Below are positions 13,462 to 27,599 of a stretch of 64,000 nt of DNA, one piece after another. Source of the DNA: Octopus sinensis (lineage: Eukaryota); NCBI RefSeq assembly GCF_006345805.1, contig NC_043002.1, positions 13,950,001 to 14,014,000 on the forward strand, given 5' to 3'. The notes beneath the pieces were generated by a model, which saw only the letters and a list, made by a program, of their open reading frames with translations, ran no database searches and was not told the origin of the DNA. Positions within the stretch are counted from its first letter, which is position 1. The number at the start of each line of letters is the position of its first letter. The position numbers and the translations under genes are program-made.

Positions 13462-14122
13462 TTTACTATTTACTCATTTACTTCTTTCGGACATGTGACT
13501 GTGGCCATGCTGGAGCACCGCCTTTAGTCGAGCAAATCGACTCCTGGGCTTATTCTTTGTAAGCCTAGTACTTATTCTATCGGCCTCTTTTGCCGAACCG
13601 CTAATGTTACGGGGACGTAAACACATCTGCATCGGTTGCCAAGTGATGTTGGGTGGACAAACACAAACACACATATATATATATATAACGGGAAGCTTTA
13701 TGAAAATAAACAAAAGACGAAGGCAGGTGGAATGCAAACAAACAATAGTATTAGTATGGCGCTCAGGAATATAAATAAAACAAGTCTTTTACGTTTCGAG
13801 CCTACGCTCTTCAACAGAAAGATACACAGAAAAGAAACACGGAGAGAAACAAGGAGAGAGAAAAAATGCGTGCAGAAGCTAGCGAATCAACATGGCGATC
13901 TGATTCCGGCCAGAAGTCAAAGATCAAAACCATATATATATATATATACATAATATATACGACGGGATTCTTTCAATTTCGGTCTACCAAATCCATTCAC
14001 AAGGTCTTGGTCGGCCCGAGGCTAAAGTAGAAGACGCTTGTTCATGGTGCTACGCAGTGGGACTGAACCTGGAACCGTAGTTGGTAATCAAGCTACGTAC
14101 CACACAACCACTCCTACGCCTA
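13462..14122 (-). mobile_element. tRNA/CORE-type SINE (family B) interrupted by an HHR element
   Basis: The head (13960-14122) and tail (13462-13680) match the full copy at 49962-50370. The segment 13690-13931 is inserted in the internal (TA)n. Confidence 0.8.
13785..13822 (-). ncRNA. minimal type I hammerhead motif, variant core CUGUUGA
   Basis: Minus strand TCTTT-CTGTTGA-A-GAGC-GTAG-GCTC-GAAA-CG-TA-AAAGA. Stems I and II pair perfectly. Confidence 0.65.
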
Positions 14123-14384
14123 TATATTTATATATATTAAAACAAAAATACAATATCCCAGACGACGTCCTTTAGAAAGTTGATCATTCTGTCCCTGGCT
14201 GTTCGAGGAATGCGATTGATGCTACCGGTGCTTACATTGAAATATGATTTACTTTCATTTTCCCATGTAATATAGAACAAGTCAATTGATGCTGGTGTGT
14301 TTAGGTCCCCATAACTTCGAGTAAAGACGGTGCTCCAGCATGACCGCAGTCAAATGACTGAAAGAAATACAAGTCTGCGCAAGT

Positions 14385-15990
14385 ACTCTACCTTAAATTT
14401 TTTTGTCATTTATTTCTCCGTCAATTTATCCACTTCCAAAATCCCCAGGTATTTATAGCTCGTCTCTTCTATCTGCTCCATAACCTCACCCGACGTTATC
14501 GTTAGCCCGTCCATACATTTGATTTTGTGTCTCTTCAAGATTAAAATGCCACAATTTCTAAATCCGAACACTATTTTGATATCAGCGCTGAAGGTATACA
14601 CCGTATCAACGAGGGAACTGACTTGGGCTTCATCTTTACCATAAAGTTTGAGATCATCCATGAATAACAAATGGTCGACTTTTTGTTGGCGGCTTTTGAA
14701 TACATACCCAGCTCTTGCTTTCCTCGGGATCAGTGTAGTGGTATCAAGCACATTACAAAGTTCAGTGAGGACAGGCAGTCACATTGGAAGATGCCCCTCC
14801 TAATTTCTGCAGTCCCTAAACATCTTCCGTTTGCTGTCATCTCTGTCTTCCAATTCGCTATACTTTTTCCAAGCAATCGCTCAACATTCGATGCAATACC
14901 AAATAGGTTCTTACATTCCATTATCGAAGAATGTGGGATCATATCGTACGCCTTACGATTGTCGATCCATGACATGGCTAAATTACTTTCCCTCTTCTTG
15001 CAGTCTCTGAGTACAGTTTTGTCTATCAGGAGTTGATCCTTGGTACCTCTGCACTTTCGCTTACAACCCTTCTGCTCATGTGGCAGTACTCCATTTTCTT
15101 CGAGATATTCTTCATTGACTCTGCGAGTATTCCAGTCTATAACTTCCACATAAGTGGCAAACAGGATATCGGCCTCTAATTGTCTACAGCTATTCGTGCA
15201 TTACATTCATCAAATCTTTTGATCCAGTAGCTTTGAACTCCATCTAGTTCCAGGGGCTTCCACTTGCTCATTTTTTTTGCTGATTTCCTTCAGTTCCTTA
15301 ACTGAAATGACCAGATCTGCCTGTTTTTGATAGACTACTGTTACTTTCAGTTCCTTCAACCATTCAGCATCTTCTTGTGCTCCTTGTCATTGCTCCAGAT
15401 GTCACTCCAAAAGCTTTGACTTTCAATGTTATCTAGTATCAACTTTTATCTGTACACTCTCAATTTATTTCTTTATAGAATCTCTTCTGATCTATTCTGA
15501 ATAACCTATTCTGGTGGTAACTCTTCATTCTTTGATCGTATATTACCATCTTTGCTTTCTTTGCAATGAGGCGCTGTTTAGGTTCCTCCATTACTACTTT
15601 CAAGCCCTTTCTTTCAATATTATATTATACTTCCTTGATATTGCTTGATATGCAAGACCTTGTATTGCTTTATATCCAGGGTCTCCTCAACAATAATATG
15701 AATTTACTTGATTTGATGTATTCGGTGATTTCCAAGAAGGTTTTGAAAATGGTCTTTCCACCTACTAAGTCTCCCCTGTTCGGTAGAGGCCTTTATCTTT
15801 GCTTTGGAGGATTTCTTCACTCTCTGCCACGCCAAGGAACACTCTTTGATGTCTGCGGTGTTTTTGACTTTAAATGCATTTTACTGTTCAGTCTGATATA
15901 ATACATTAAGTTCTTTCAGCGACTTAGTTTCTCTATATAAATTCCCGTAGGATCCCTGTTGTGTTGTTTGGTTACTTCCTTCCGTTTCAA
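14385..15990 (-). mobile_element. R4/Dong-like (RLE-type) non-LTR retrotransposon fragment, RT pseudogene
   Basis: [65 protein letters not shown]. Frameshifted. Confidence 0.9.
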
Positions 15991-16290
15991 TTTTGGTTTC
16001 AAAGGGCTGCATTTTTCAGCATCCTCATAATGATCTTGGACGAAATTTAGATATGTTGTTTTTGGTGTGTGATCTTCGTTTGGATTTTGTAACGCATCGA
16101 GCGATTTCTGTGGTCGGTCGTGAAATCATTTCGGACTTCCTCGTTGTACGCCAGAATAGCCCAGTTTCAGAGCTGTGCTGAGGTTATTTTTACGTTGTTT
16201 GCTCGGAGGCCTACCTGAATCTTAGATGTTTTCACTCGATAGTCAGATGATACACCACACAAACTATGGCGAGGGTTTGGAATTTGTGGT

Positions 16291-16408
16291 GGGTAGGCTC
16301 GAAACGTTAAAGAATTTTTCATTTCCCGAGCGTTAAAATAATACATCTGTTTGTTATCAACACCACCTGTCTTCGTCTTGTGTTTCTTTTTTTGGTGAAT
16401 TCTCCCTA
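16291..16408 (+). mobile_element. 5'-truncated copy of the GAGC-GTAG-GCTC HHR element family
   Basis: GTAGGCTCGAAACGTTAAAG...AATACATCTGTTTGTT...CACCACCTGTCTTCGTC, ending in (TA)n. Homologous to 13690-13931, 25938-26135 and 39320-39482. Confidence 0.7.
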
Positions 16409-16423
16409 TATATATATATATAT

Positions 16424-16476
<53 letters not shown>

Positions 16477-17395
16477 ATATTATATTTACGTACGACGAGT
16501 TTCTTTTAGTCTACCAAATCCACAAACTAGCCTTTGGTCGACTCCACGCTATAGTAGAAGACATTTTCCCAGTTCCCAGTAATAGGGATGTAAACTTCTC
16601 ACCCCTTAGCCACGCTTGTAGATCTCCCTATCTCCCCATTCACTCCTACTCTCTTTCTCCCCTCTCTCTGTGTGTATATATATATGTATACAGTTTGGTA
16701 ATAATGTGCTTATAAATACGGAGCTAAATTATTTGTTCACAAGCCCATTTGACCCATTGCACTCCAAATAATGAACCCAGAATATGCTATCCTGTCCATA
16801 AACGTGCATTGCTATCCCGTTGTGATATCCATTGATTATATGCTTAACGTTCTTCTACAGTGACAAAGTGTGTGAATCATTGCCACAGAATGGATTCTAG
16901 ATACATAGATTATTAAATAATTCTCATTTGTTCTATTTTTGCATACTCATCTTATGTGCTTTTGTATTTCTTTTACGTGTGTGAGAATTATTAGTTGTTA
17001 AATTGCATCATTATTTAGGATCATTACAGAGAGAGCCTCGCAGATATTTCAAGGAGTGTTTTAAGCGTAGGTAACAGCTAGAGGACGAAAACCAACTCTA
17101 AAATTGATTAGTGGAGCACATCTGGATAATTCTATGAAGGACAATCATAACACTATAAAAGCAACGACATTAGGTGTAACGTAACTTGGTAAACCATACA
17201 GAACGATAGCATAAACACAGACAAAAAATCAATCGCATTATCATAGGCATAAGTGTGTGTATGTATGCGCATGTGTGAACATATCTAAACAAATCTGCAA
17301 CCGATGTATTGCCAAACTGATTTGCAATAACAAAGATATTTGTCCAAATTACACGGCAATAAATCGGGCTTCCGAATCTGGCAGTAGAGTCTGAT

Positions 17396-17762
17396 ATGTA
17401 TGTATGTATGTATTTACGTATGTCTGTATGTATGTATGTATGTATGTATGTATGTATGTGTGTATGTATGTATGCATGTATGTATGTATGTATGCATGTA
17501 TGTATGCATTTATGTATGTATGTATGTATGTATGTATTTACGTATGTCTGTATGTATGTATGTATGTATGTATGTGTGTATGTATGTATGCATGTATGTA
17601 TGTATGTATGCATGTATGTATGCATTTATGTATGTATGTATGTATGTATGTATGTATGTGTGTATGTATGTATGCATGTATGTATGCATGTATGTATGTA
17701 TGTATGTATGTATGTATGTATGTATGTGTATGTATGTATGTATGTAGGTATGTATGTATGTA
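17396..17762. repeat. (TATG)n microsatellite with a ~124 bp higher-order duplication
   Basis: The variant block TATTTACGTATGTCTG occurs at about 17411 and 17535. Confidence 0.9.
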
Positions 17763-17906
17763 AATGAGCGTGTATTAAAGCATGTGTGTTTATCTTGTTA
17801 TGTATCTATCCATCTATTTATAACTCTATCATCTGTGTTCATAGCTGAGTGTACGCGTGCAGTGAATGTATGATATTCACACGCACACACACATACATAT
17901 GAATGT

Positions 17907-17977
<71 letters not shown>

Positions 17978-17979
<2 letters not shown>

Positions 17980-18140
17980 AGGAGTGGCTGTGTGGTAAGT
18001 AGCTTGCTAACCAGCCACATGGTTCCGGGTTCAGTCCCACTGCGTAGCATCTTGGGCAAGTGTCTTCTGCTATAGCCCCGGGCCGACCAATGCCTTGTGA
18101 GTGGATTTGGTAGACGGAAACAGAAAGAAGCCTGTCGTAT
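17978..18140 (+). mobile_element. SINE family B, 5' half
   Basis: GGAGTGGCTGTGTGGTAAG...GGTTCAGTCCC...CTTGGGCAAGTGTCTTCT. Confidence 0.85.
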
Positions 18141-18175
18141 ATATGTATATATATATATAAGTGTGTGTGTACATA

Positions 18176-18213
<38 letters not shown>

Positions 18214-18252
18214 TTAGTGCGTGTTTGTCTGTGTGTTTGTGTATGTATATAT

Positions 18253-18318
<66 letters not shown>

Positions 18319-18794
18319 ACATATAGGTACAAGCGTGCAAATAGATGCATACATGCATGTATACATCTAATTATATACACATATAAATATGCATTTACAC
18401 GCACAGACACGAACCTATCCATATATGTACCCAATAATTCCACATCCCGATATAAACATGCACGCGTCTTTTCCATTTCCTTTCCTTCCGGGCATAAGTG
18501 AACGATAACCGATGCCAATTCGTTATACACCACATGATCACAATAAAGTGACATTATAAGCGGATCTTACTTTGGCAATAAAACTATGACAATTGGTTGT
18601 CAGTCATAGTATATTGAGGCTCCACTGGATTTCATCTACTTTTTGAGTACATCGCTAGCATAGTCTGGCACAAATAGAAGATCTAAACTGGTACTATATA
18701 TATATGAATGTATTCCAACGCAAAGTCACCATAGTGTTAATTCGAAGTCGTAAATTTGACATCGCTGCCAATTCAAATTTTTCCCGCTCTTACG

Positions 18795-19197
18795 CTTTAC
18801 TCTTTTACTTATTTCAGTCATGTTACTGTGGCCATGCTGGAGCACCGCCTTTAGTCGAGCAAATCGACCCCAGGACTTATTCTTTGTAGGCCTAGTACTT
18901 ATTCTATCTGTCTCTTTTGCCGAACCGCTAAGTTGCGGAGACGTAAACACACCAGCGTCGGTTATCAAGCGTTGTTGGGGGACAAACACACGCGCACACA
19001 CAAACACACACACATACACATACACATATATACAACGAGTTCCTTTCAGTTTCCGTCTACCAAATCCTCATACAAGGCTTTGGTAGGCTCGAGGCTATAG
19101 TAGAAGACACTTGCCCAAGGTGTCACGCAGTGGGACTGAACCCGGAACCAGGTGGTTCGTAAGCAAGCTACTTACCACACTGCCACTCCTATGCCTA
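18795..19197 (-). mobile_element. SINE family B, full length
   Basis: Reverse complement of the 49962-50370 copy. Confidence 0.85.
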
Positions 19198-19325
19198 TTT
19201 TGATAAAATCTACAAGTCGATCAGTGATTGACCGTTTCCTGTGCTACTACTTGGACGACAGCCTATGCTATAGCTCGTGCTAAACTTACACTGAAGACAC
19301 CTAAGGGCGTGGCAATATTCCAGGT

Positions 19326-19950
19326 AAGGAGGCGAGCTGGCAGAAACGTTAGCAAGTCGGGCGAAATGTGTAGCTGTATTTCGTCTGCCGTTACGTACTG
19401 AGTTCAAATTCCGCCGAAGTCGACTTTGCATTTCATCCTTTCGGGGTCGATAAATTAAGTACCAGTTATGCACTGAAGTCGATATAATTTGTCTGTCCTT
19501 GTTTGTCCTCTCTGTGTTTAGCCCCTTGTGGGTAGTAGAGAAAGAGATATAATCAACTTAATCCGTTTGTCCCCTCTGTGTTTAGCTCCTTGTGGGTAGT
19601 AAAGAAATAGGTATTTCGCCTGTATTTAAGTTCTGAGTTCAAATTTCGCCGAGGTCGACTTTGCCTTTCATCCTTTCGGGATCGATAAATTAAGTACCAT
19701 TTACGCACTGGGGTCGATGTAATCGACTTAATCAGTTTGACTGTCCTTGTTTGTCCCCTCAGTGTTTAGCCCCTTGTGGGTAGTAAAGAAATTGGTATTT
19801 CCTCTGGCTTTACATTCTGAGTTCAAATTTCACAGAGATCGACTTTGCCTTTTCATCCTTTCGGGGTCGATCGTACTGGAGTCGATCTAATCGAGTGGTC
19901 CCCTTCCCCAAAATTTCGAGCCATGTGCCTAAAGTAGAAACGAGTATTTC
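19326..19950 (+). mobile_element. SINE family A tandem array (1 headed unit plus about 3 headless or partial units)
   Basis: Repeated GAGTTCAAATT...TCATCCTTTCGGGGTCGAT...CCTTGTGGGTAGTAAAGAAAT units. Confidence 0.85.
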
Positions 19951-20585
19951 AGGTATGTGAGTAGCGTACGCCGTACTACAATCACTATACTCACGATAAC
20001 ACCATTCAATAGCTTCGTTATTCATTTGTGTTTCTAAGACAAAAAAAAAAAATTATATTTTTCAACACGATATCCTACGAAACGGCAACTTTTTTTTTTT
20101 TCCGGAATAGAAAATTATCGAGTTGAATTTCTTTGCGCATGCAAAAAAAAAAAAAAGAACTTCATTGAAAGAGTTTGAGCTATGAAAAGAAGGGTCGACA
20201 TTTAGGCCCGATTTGGGGTTTAAAGATAGGAAATTCAGATTCTGCCGAGAGATTTGGTTGTGATTAGTTTTACGATTTAACCGTATGAAATTACTTAAAG
20301 GCTTAATTGCGTTATAAAGAATTTTCTGCTTTGAACGGCAAGTAAACTTGCTATTCCATAGCATGAAAAGTTTTAAACAATGGGTGATACATTCACTTTT
20401 TTTTTTCCTAATATTCATACTTTTTAAAAGCTTTCCAACCACGATCAATCTTTCGCTCACTTCACATTATGACCCTATATAGTATAATATGCAATATTAT
20501 AATATAAGTATATGATATATATATATACATGTGTGTGTGTATATGTGCGCTCGTATATGGTTGTGAGTGTCAGTTTGTGTGTTTG

Positions 20586-20625
<40 letters not shown>

Positions 20626-22527
20626 TGTGTGTGTGTGTGTGTATACAATTGTACGTGGGTGTGTGCATGTGTGTGTTTGTATGTGAATATATATTTATAT
20701 TTATACATATATATGTACATATATATATATTCATGTAAATTTCGTTCTCTGCCTCTCATCTGGAATACGCGTATGCGTTTGCAAGTGCATATGAGCGTAT
20801 ATATGCACGCAAACTTGAATATGTATACTTGCATGCACGTACCAATGTTTATATATGTGTGCTTGTATGTGTGTTTGCGTGTGTGTATGCGTGTGTGTGT
20901 GCGCGTGTATGTGTGTGTGTGTGCGTGCGTGTGTAACATGTTTATGCCATTGTTTTCGCTAATGTGTCAATATTGATTTTTCAAATCTATTATAAATCTA
21001 TTAATACTGCGAAAAATAAGAAAACATAACAACACCCAATGGATTTTTATTTCGATATATTCGCTTTCTGCCAGCAGTTCTTGTGATCTCACTCTATGGA
21101 TTATATCAGGTGGAAATGCATCTATTAATCTAATTATCCTACAGCAAGCGCATGCGCAGAATTTATTCGTCATAAACCTGGAGGTATATACATGTTTATC
21201 TTACATTGGGAAGGTGTGATTGCAGATATTATATTGATAACTTTCACACCAAACCCTGAAAATGTTTGCATAAATCGACGAATTTCATTCTTAATCGGCT
21301 TTTAATTTTATTATATTTTCAATATCGCGCAGAAACACGTGGCATGCTCCCGAGTGTAAACAATATATTACATGCAGTCGAAGTCTGCAATGCAGTTTCA
21401 GTCCTAGCTTGAGTCGAATTCCATTAATACTGATGTTCTTGTTTCGTTAACGGTATTCTGAGGACGGTATTGATATCAATCTCTCAAATATTACTTTCTA
21501 CACAAAGTATTTTGGTTCTTTGAGCTCATGGACTCATAAGGCCGGTTATCCGATTCTCATAGTATAAGAGTGCCCGACATTCCAACAGTCCTCAGAACGG
21601 AACGCTGGTCCGTTGCAGGGTTCAAGGTCAGAAATTTCGAAGTAACAGAGAAATTCCATTGCATTGAATTCAGTACTTGAGTTGTATTCTATCTTATCAA
21701 CCAAAAAGCCATCGTTAACCTCGGCGTTATTTGAACTCAGAACCTAAAGAGTCGGCAATTTCCGGCATTGTGCGAAAATTTTTAACCAATATCTAAGAGA
21801 AGTGATAAACCAAAATGGGAACATTGATAAAAATTATGAAGATGAGTAACTTCACGCCAGCTGAAAGTATGCTTTGAATTCACTACAACACAAATATCGA
21901 AGAGAGTGTAGTAAAACGTAATATGTATTTCATAGGGATACTCGTATTTCATAACAAAGGGTAGATATGCGATATATTTAGGGAAACACAAATGGACTTT
22001 TATATGATACTATTTTGTCATGCAGTTTAACTTTTAATTAGCACTGGACGCCTATATTAATATGTAATTTTTAAAAAAATGTAAGTGTTGTGTGTGTTAA
22101 TGCATGTGTGTATGTAGGTACTTATATGTGTGTCAAGTGTGTCTTATGTATGTAAGATCAGGGTTGGTGTGCGCGCATGTTTAAGGAATACCTTTACCAA
22201 CGGCATTCTACCTATATACGTGCACTTATAATATTTCTCAATCACAAACGCATTTGTACAGAACAGATATGGATACTGTTGTGTTGACTATCCTAATAAT
22301 TACCACAACATTTTCTATCCCATATGTCAGTTTTCAATGGTACCATCACCGTGGCTGCCATCCTCAAAAATTCTACGTTCTATTATCAATAGATGAGCCT
22401 GTTTATCTGGCGTGTTGTATGATTGCATAAAGGTGTTATCGCGGATGTAGCTTCTCGCATTAAGTATAAAATTGGAATAATGAAGCAAATGATGTTTTCA
22501 TCGAGATTCGTAATATGATGTGCGCTC

Positions 22528-22586
<59 letters not shown>

Positions 22587-22644
22587 TGGAAAGAAGGGGA
22601 CACAGTGACAGCGGAATTTATCTATAAATATAATATGTGACAAT

Positions 22645-22703
22645 TATAAACTGTGAGTGTCGGATGTCGGGGTGGAACCCCACGCCGCCATCTCTTCAGT
22701 TAT
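22645..22703 (-). ncRNA. type I hammerhead motif with extended stem II (GAAA to GACA)
   Basis: Minus strand ATAA-CTGAAGA-GATG-GCGGCGTGGGGTTCCACCCCGA-CATC-C-GACA-CTCACAG-TT-TAT. The element (~22600-22900) is homologous to 41810-42072. Confidence 0.55.
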
Positions 22704-23374
22704 CCGGCCATCGGAAAAAATGCTATGAAAATGACTGTTAAACAAGGGGAAATTACTGTGTGATTGACCGTTATTAAGACAAAAGAGCTATTTGAATGAC
22801 CGCTAAGTGATGGGAGAGAGTAAAAGTAAAGGGGCTAAAAATCCTCATAGTATTCGCGTAAGCGCGCATGACCATACCTACACATGCGCGCCCCCACTCC
22901 CACGTACGTATATATATATATATGTATAGAACATTATTACTCATGAGAGATAACAATATTAGTGGCTGCAAGCTTAAAACCGTACAGGCAATGTTAACAA
23001 ATGTATATAAGCATTATACATAACAGGGACTGTAAGAAGCACCAGCTTGCTAAAATCAGGAATCAAAAATACTCAGCAGCGAAAAGAGTTAACAGTAAAT
23101 TTTTACAGGCATGGTTTTAAGCGGGCGTCCTCTAACATTGTTCTTTATATATTTATATATTAATTCACTTAGTTCGTTTTCTCAATTCACCTTGGTCTTT
23201 GGAACGAACATAGCCGTTGATTGAAGTGAAATATAGGCATTGTTATGAGTAGACTTGGCTCAAGTGAATCAAGTGCTTTTGCCATTATCTTCGAAATCAC
23301 GATACTAGGTTAACTGGAACTCCTTCTCGTAAAGTTGCAGTGATAAGACGGAATCTTTATTCATTTTTTTTCAG

Positions 23375-23541
23375 CTGTGGTAAGTAGCTTGCTTACTAAA
23401 CACATTGTTCCGTGTTCAGTCCCACTGCGTGGCACCTTGGGCAAGTATCTTCTACTATAGCCTTGGGCCGACCAAGCCTTGTGAGTGGATTTGGTTGACG
23501 GAAACTGAAAGGAGTCCGTCGTATATATATATATATATATC

Positions 23542-23590
<49 letters not shown>

Positions 23591-23780
23591 ATGTATACGT
23601 TTGTGTGTCAGTGTTTTTTCCCCCAACATCGCTTCACAACCGATGCTGGTGTGTTTAAGTCCCCCTCAGCTAGCGGTTCAGCAAGAGAAACCGACAGAAT
23701 AAGTACTAGGCTGACAAAGAATAAGTCCGGGGTCGATTTGCTCGACTAAAGGCAGTGCTCCAGCATGGCCACAGTCAAAT
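23375..23780 (+). mobile_element. SINE family B, near full length
   Basis: tRNA-like head, GGCACCTTGGGCAAG core, internal (TA)/(TG) tract and conserved tail. Confidence 0.85.
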
Positions 23781-24275
23781 TCTTCATAGAATTATATTGC
23801 GACCATTAACAAAACTTTCTAGTTAGGGTCAGTAGCAATATTTCTAGGTATCGTATCTTTACCTGTAATATATTGGGCTTAATTTAATGTAAGAATGGAT
23901 GATACTATAAAACATATATTCCGAAATTGTTATTTCTATATTCGATTATATATGTTGATGGTTGAAAAAAATTACAGGGTTTCACCAGAGAAATATTTTT
24001 TCACTAAGAACTGTAGCAGAGCGCCAATGATTAAGAGAGGACGACTATGGAAATTTTGGGATCAATAATTTTTATACATCTTTTGGAAACGTATCGATCT
24101 TTTATGGATGATTCTTCAGAGATTTACATCATATTGGTTGATGCTGATAGAAGTGCCAGCTTAAAGAGAAATATGTCGATGGTACGTAGATCGTTTGTGA
24201 AAAATGCTTCACTGCATGTATGGTCAGTTATTGAAGCCTCTCGTTCTCTAATTTATATCTGTATACGTGCGTTGC

Positions 24276-24695
<420 letters not shown>

Positions 24696-25025
24696 CTTAC
24701 TAACTACACCTTACTATACAGCTGTAAATAAGTATCTTGGTGCATAGTTCAACTCTGCTAGTAGCAGCGAAAACTAAAGTAAAACGAATGCACCGTTATT
24801 CATATTAGCGGTGGGGTATATCTTTTAGATATCCAATGTATGTGAGTTCAATGACTGTAAATCACCCCATATATCATCAGGGGTTCCTAAAAATACTGGA
24901 CAACATTCAAGTAATAAATCACATACCGTACGATCCAATAAAAGAGCAAATATATTCGCATCATCGTCGTTGCCGTTTCCACAGTCTTCTTCCAATTCCA
25001 CCTCACCATCAACAACAGCAATACT

Positions 25026-25212
25026 GGAGTCGCAATGGCCCAGTGGTTAGGGCAGCGGTCATAAGCACGCAGTTTCGATTCCCAGACCGGGCATTGTGAG
25101 TGTTTATTGAGCAAAAACACCTAAGCTCCACGAGGCTCCGGCGGGTGGTGGGGCGGGTGGTGTTTGGTGAAACCCGCTGTACTCTTTCACCACAACTTTC
25201 TCTCACTCTTTG
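25026..25212 (+). mobile_element. SINE family C, 5' portion
   Basis: TGGCCCAGTGGTTAGGGCAGCGG...GTTTCGATTCCC; homologous to 1392-1688. Confidence 0.75.
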
Positions 25213-26031
25213 TTTCTACTTCTGCCACAAAGCAGAGGAACCATGGTGTAACCCACTATGGTGTGGTAAACTTTAAGACCCTAGTCTTGATTGCCACTCC
25301 TCTGTACCCCAGGATGGTTCTGCTCTCCACCTGTTAAAAAGCCACCGTTTACGGAATGAGGATAACAACGTAGTTTTCGCGCCAGTGCAACCGCCATTCT
25401 ATCGTGTGTGGTGGGTGGATCTTCAAGTTGCCACATGCATTCTTAGTAGTTCAGAGTAGGCTGGAATTAGAGATTATCCTTTGTGGCTAATGACGTGAGT
25501 CCTGACTGGAAGAAGAAGAAGAAGTAGAAGAAGAAGAAGAAGAAGAAGAAGAAGAAGAAGAAGAAGAAGAAGAAGAGAAGAAGAAGAAAAGAAGAAGACA
25601 AAAGAAGCAACAATGTCAACGACAGTAATTGCATTAGCATAGTCAGCAGACACGATATAACATTGTTATGAAAATCGCAATGACCGTGAGCGAAGTAATT
25701 TTCAAGAAAATAATTTGTTCGGCATCGGTAATGGGGTATGTATATAGGATATAATATAAAGTCAGAAATTTAAAAGCTTCTATTCTGTGGTATCAGCATA
25801 TTAACATTCAAAACACGTTCATCATGTCTATTATTTAAATCGTAAAATATTATATTTTAACATAGCCAGAGTGCAAGTATTCTTTTATACACACACAAAC
25901 ACACACACACACACACAAATATATGTGTGTATATATATAGGGAGAGTTTACGAAAAAACAAAAGACAAAGACAGGTGGTGTACAAAACAAACAGATGTAT
26001 TAGTATAACGCTCAGGAATAGAAAAAAAGTA

Positions 26032-26065
26032 TTTAACGTTTCGAGCCTACGCTCTTCTACAGAAA
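26032..26065 (-). ncRNA. minimal type I hammerhead motif, variant core CUGUAGA (element 25938-26135)
   Basis: Minus strand TTT-CTGTAGA-A-GAGC-GTAG-GCTC-GAAA-CG-TT-AAA. Confidence 0.6.
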
Positions 26066-26191
26066 GGGACACGCAAAAAAAAAACAAGGAGAGAAACGAG
26101 GAGAGAAACAAATGTGCGTAGTGGCTAACGATGTTTGTATATGTATGTGTGTGTGTGTGTGTGTTTGTGTGTGTGTTTGTGTTTGTGTACT

Positions 26192-26500
26192 TGAAGGCGT
26201 AAAGTGTCGGGCTCACAATCACGAGGTTGTGAGTTCGATTACCGGACCGGATTGTGTGCTGTGCTCTTCACCAAGAAAACTTTATTTCATGTCGCTCTGG
26301 TTCACTTATCTGTAAAAATTGCTTCCGACGTCACTGGTTCCAAGCTGTATCGGCCTTTAACTTTTCCTAGGCTAGCATCAATGGCGTGGAAAGGAGAATG
26401 TGATATGCATAGACAACTGCTGTGATCGTCCATAAACCTTGATCGGACATTCTGGGTTCAATCTCATGGTCATTCAATACCGAAGAAGGTCTTTACCCTT
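26192..26500 (+). mobile_element. tRNA-derived SINE (family D), diverged
   Basis: GAAGGCG...GAGTTCGATTACC head; similar to 44200-44332 and 63195-63434. Confidence 0.6.
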
Positions 26501-26539
26501 ATACACACACAAACACCACTCCCACACACACACACACAT

Positions 26540-26570
<31 letters not shown>

Positions 26571-26579
26571 CATACATAT

Positions 26580-26745
26580 ATACGACGGACTTCTTTCAGT
26601 TTCCGTCTACCAAATCCACTCACCAGGCTTTGGTCGGCCCAAGGCTATAGTAGAAGACACTTTCCCAAGGTACCACGCAGTGGGAACGAACCCGGAACCA
26701 TGTAGTTGGTAAGCAAGCTACTTACCACTCAGCCACTCCAGCACC
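26580..26745 (-). mobile_element. SINE family B, 5' half
   Basis: Reverse complement of the family B head and core. Confidence 0.8.
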
Positions 26746-26899
26746 TGAAGAAATATTTAGCGGGATTTTGTTCGACGGCTTAACATCTTGGCCGGCTCAA
26801 CTACCTTAATAAAACTACTATGATAAAACTTATAACACAGGACGTTCAATAAACATGAAGCGATGAGGAGTGAGAGCTTCTTAACTGACTCACAATCAT

Positions 26900-27560
26900 T
26901 GATAACATCACAGAATGTATTGATAGAACCTGGATAAAGTAATCGTTTCACCAATTAACTTTTTGTAACATATTGATAAAACTGAAATGAGACCCACACA
27001 AGATTTTTTTTATTTCCTGGTAGTATGACCTTCCCAAAATGAAATAATATCTGCAAAATTGATAACCTCTCAGACTATATCACTATAACTTTGATAAAAT
27101 AATCGTTTCATCAATAGAACTATTGATTAATTTTTCTCTCAGATTGAAATGAGACCTACCCAAGGTGTATGTATTTACTGACCGTATGACGTTCCCAAAT
27201 GCAACAATACATACAAAATTGATAACCTCACAGGCCCTATCGATAGAACTTTGATAAAATAATCATTTCGCCAATTGAACTACTGGTTAATTTTTCTAAC
27301 ATATTGATAAACCTGAAAAGAGACCTACGCCAGGTGTATGTATTTGCTGGTAGTATGACGTTCCCAAACGGCTACAATGCCTGAAAAGTCGATAACCTCG
27401 CAGACCGTGTCAATAGAACTTTGATAAAATAATCTTTGCACTAATTGAACCATTGATTACTTTTTATAACAGATTGATAAAACTGAAATGAGACCTATCC
27501 CAGGTGTATGCATTTACTTGTTGTAATTCCTCCCCAGAATTCAACAGTATCTGCAAAATT
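26900..27560. repeat. diverged tandem repeat, ~165-170 bp unit, ~4 copies
   Basis: TGAAA(T/A)GAGACC recurs near 26983, 27145, 27313 and 27484. TTGATAAAATAATC recurs with the same period. Confidence 0.8.
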
Positions 27561-27599
27561 AATACAGAAATTCAACCAAATAAAATTGGATACAGGTTT

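Noticed and set aside
12598-13498. Long ORFs (up to 282 aa) of YIHT/MYVC repeats, and similar YLSI or poly-I/Y ORFs elsewhere
   Set aside because: They are translations of stop-free tetranucleotide and dinucleotide microsatellites, not genes.
24085-24125. Minus-strand CTGAAGA-ATC...GAT-CGATACGTT hammerhead-like string
   Set aside because: No stem I pairing, GAAA is mutated and there is no second copy; probably chance.
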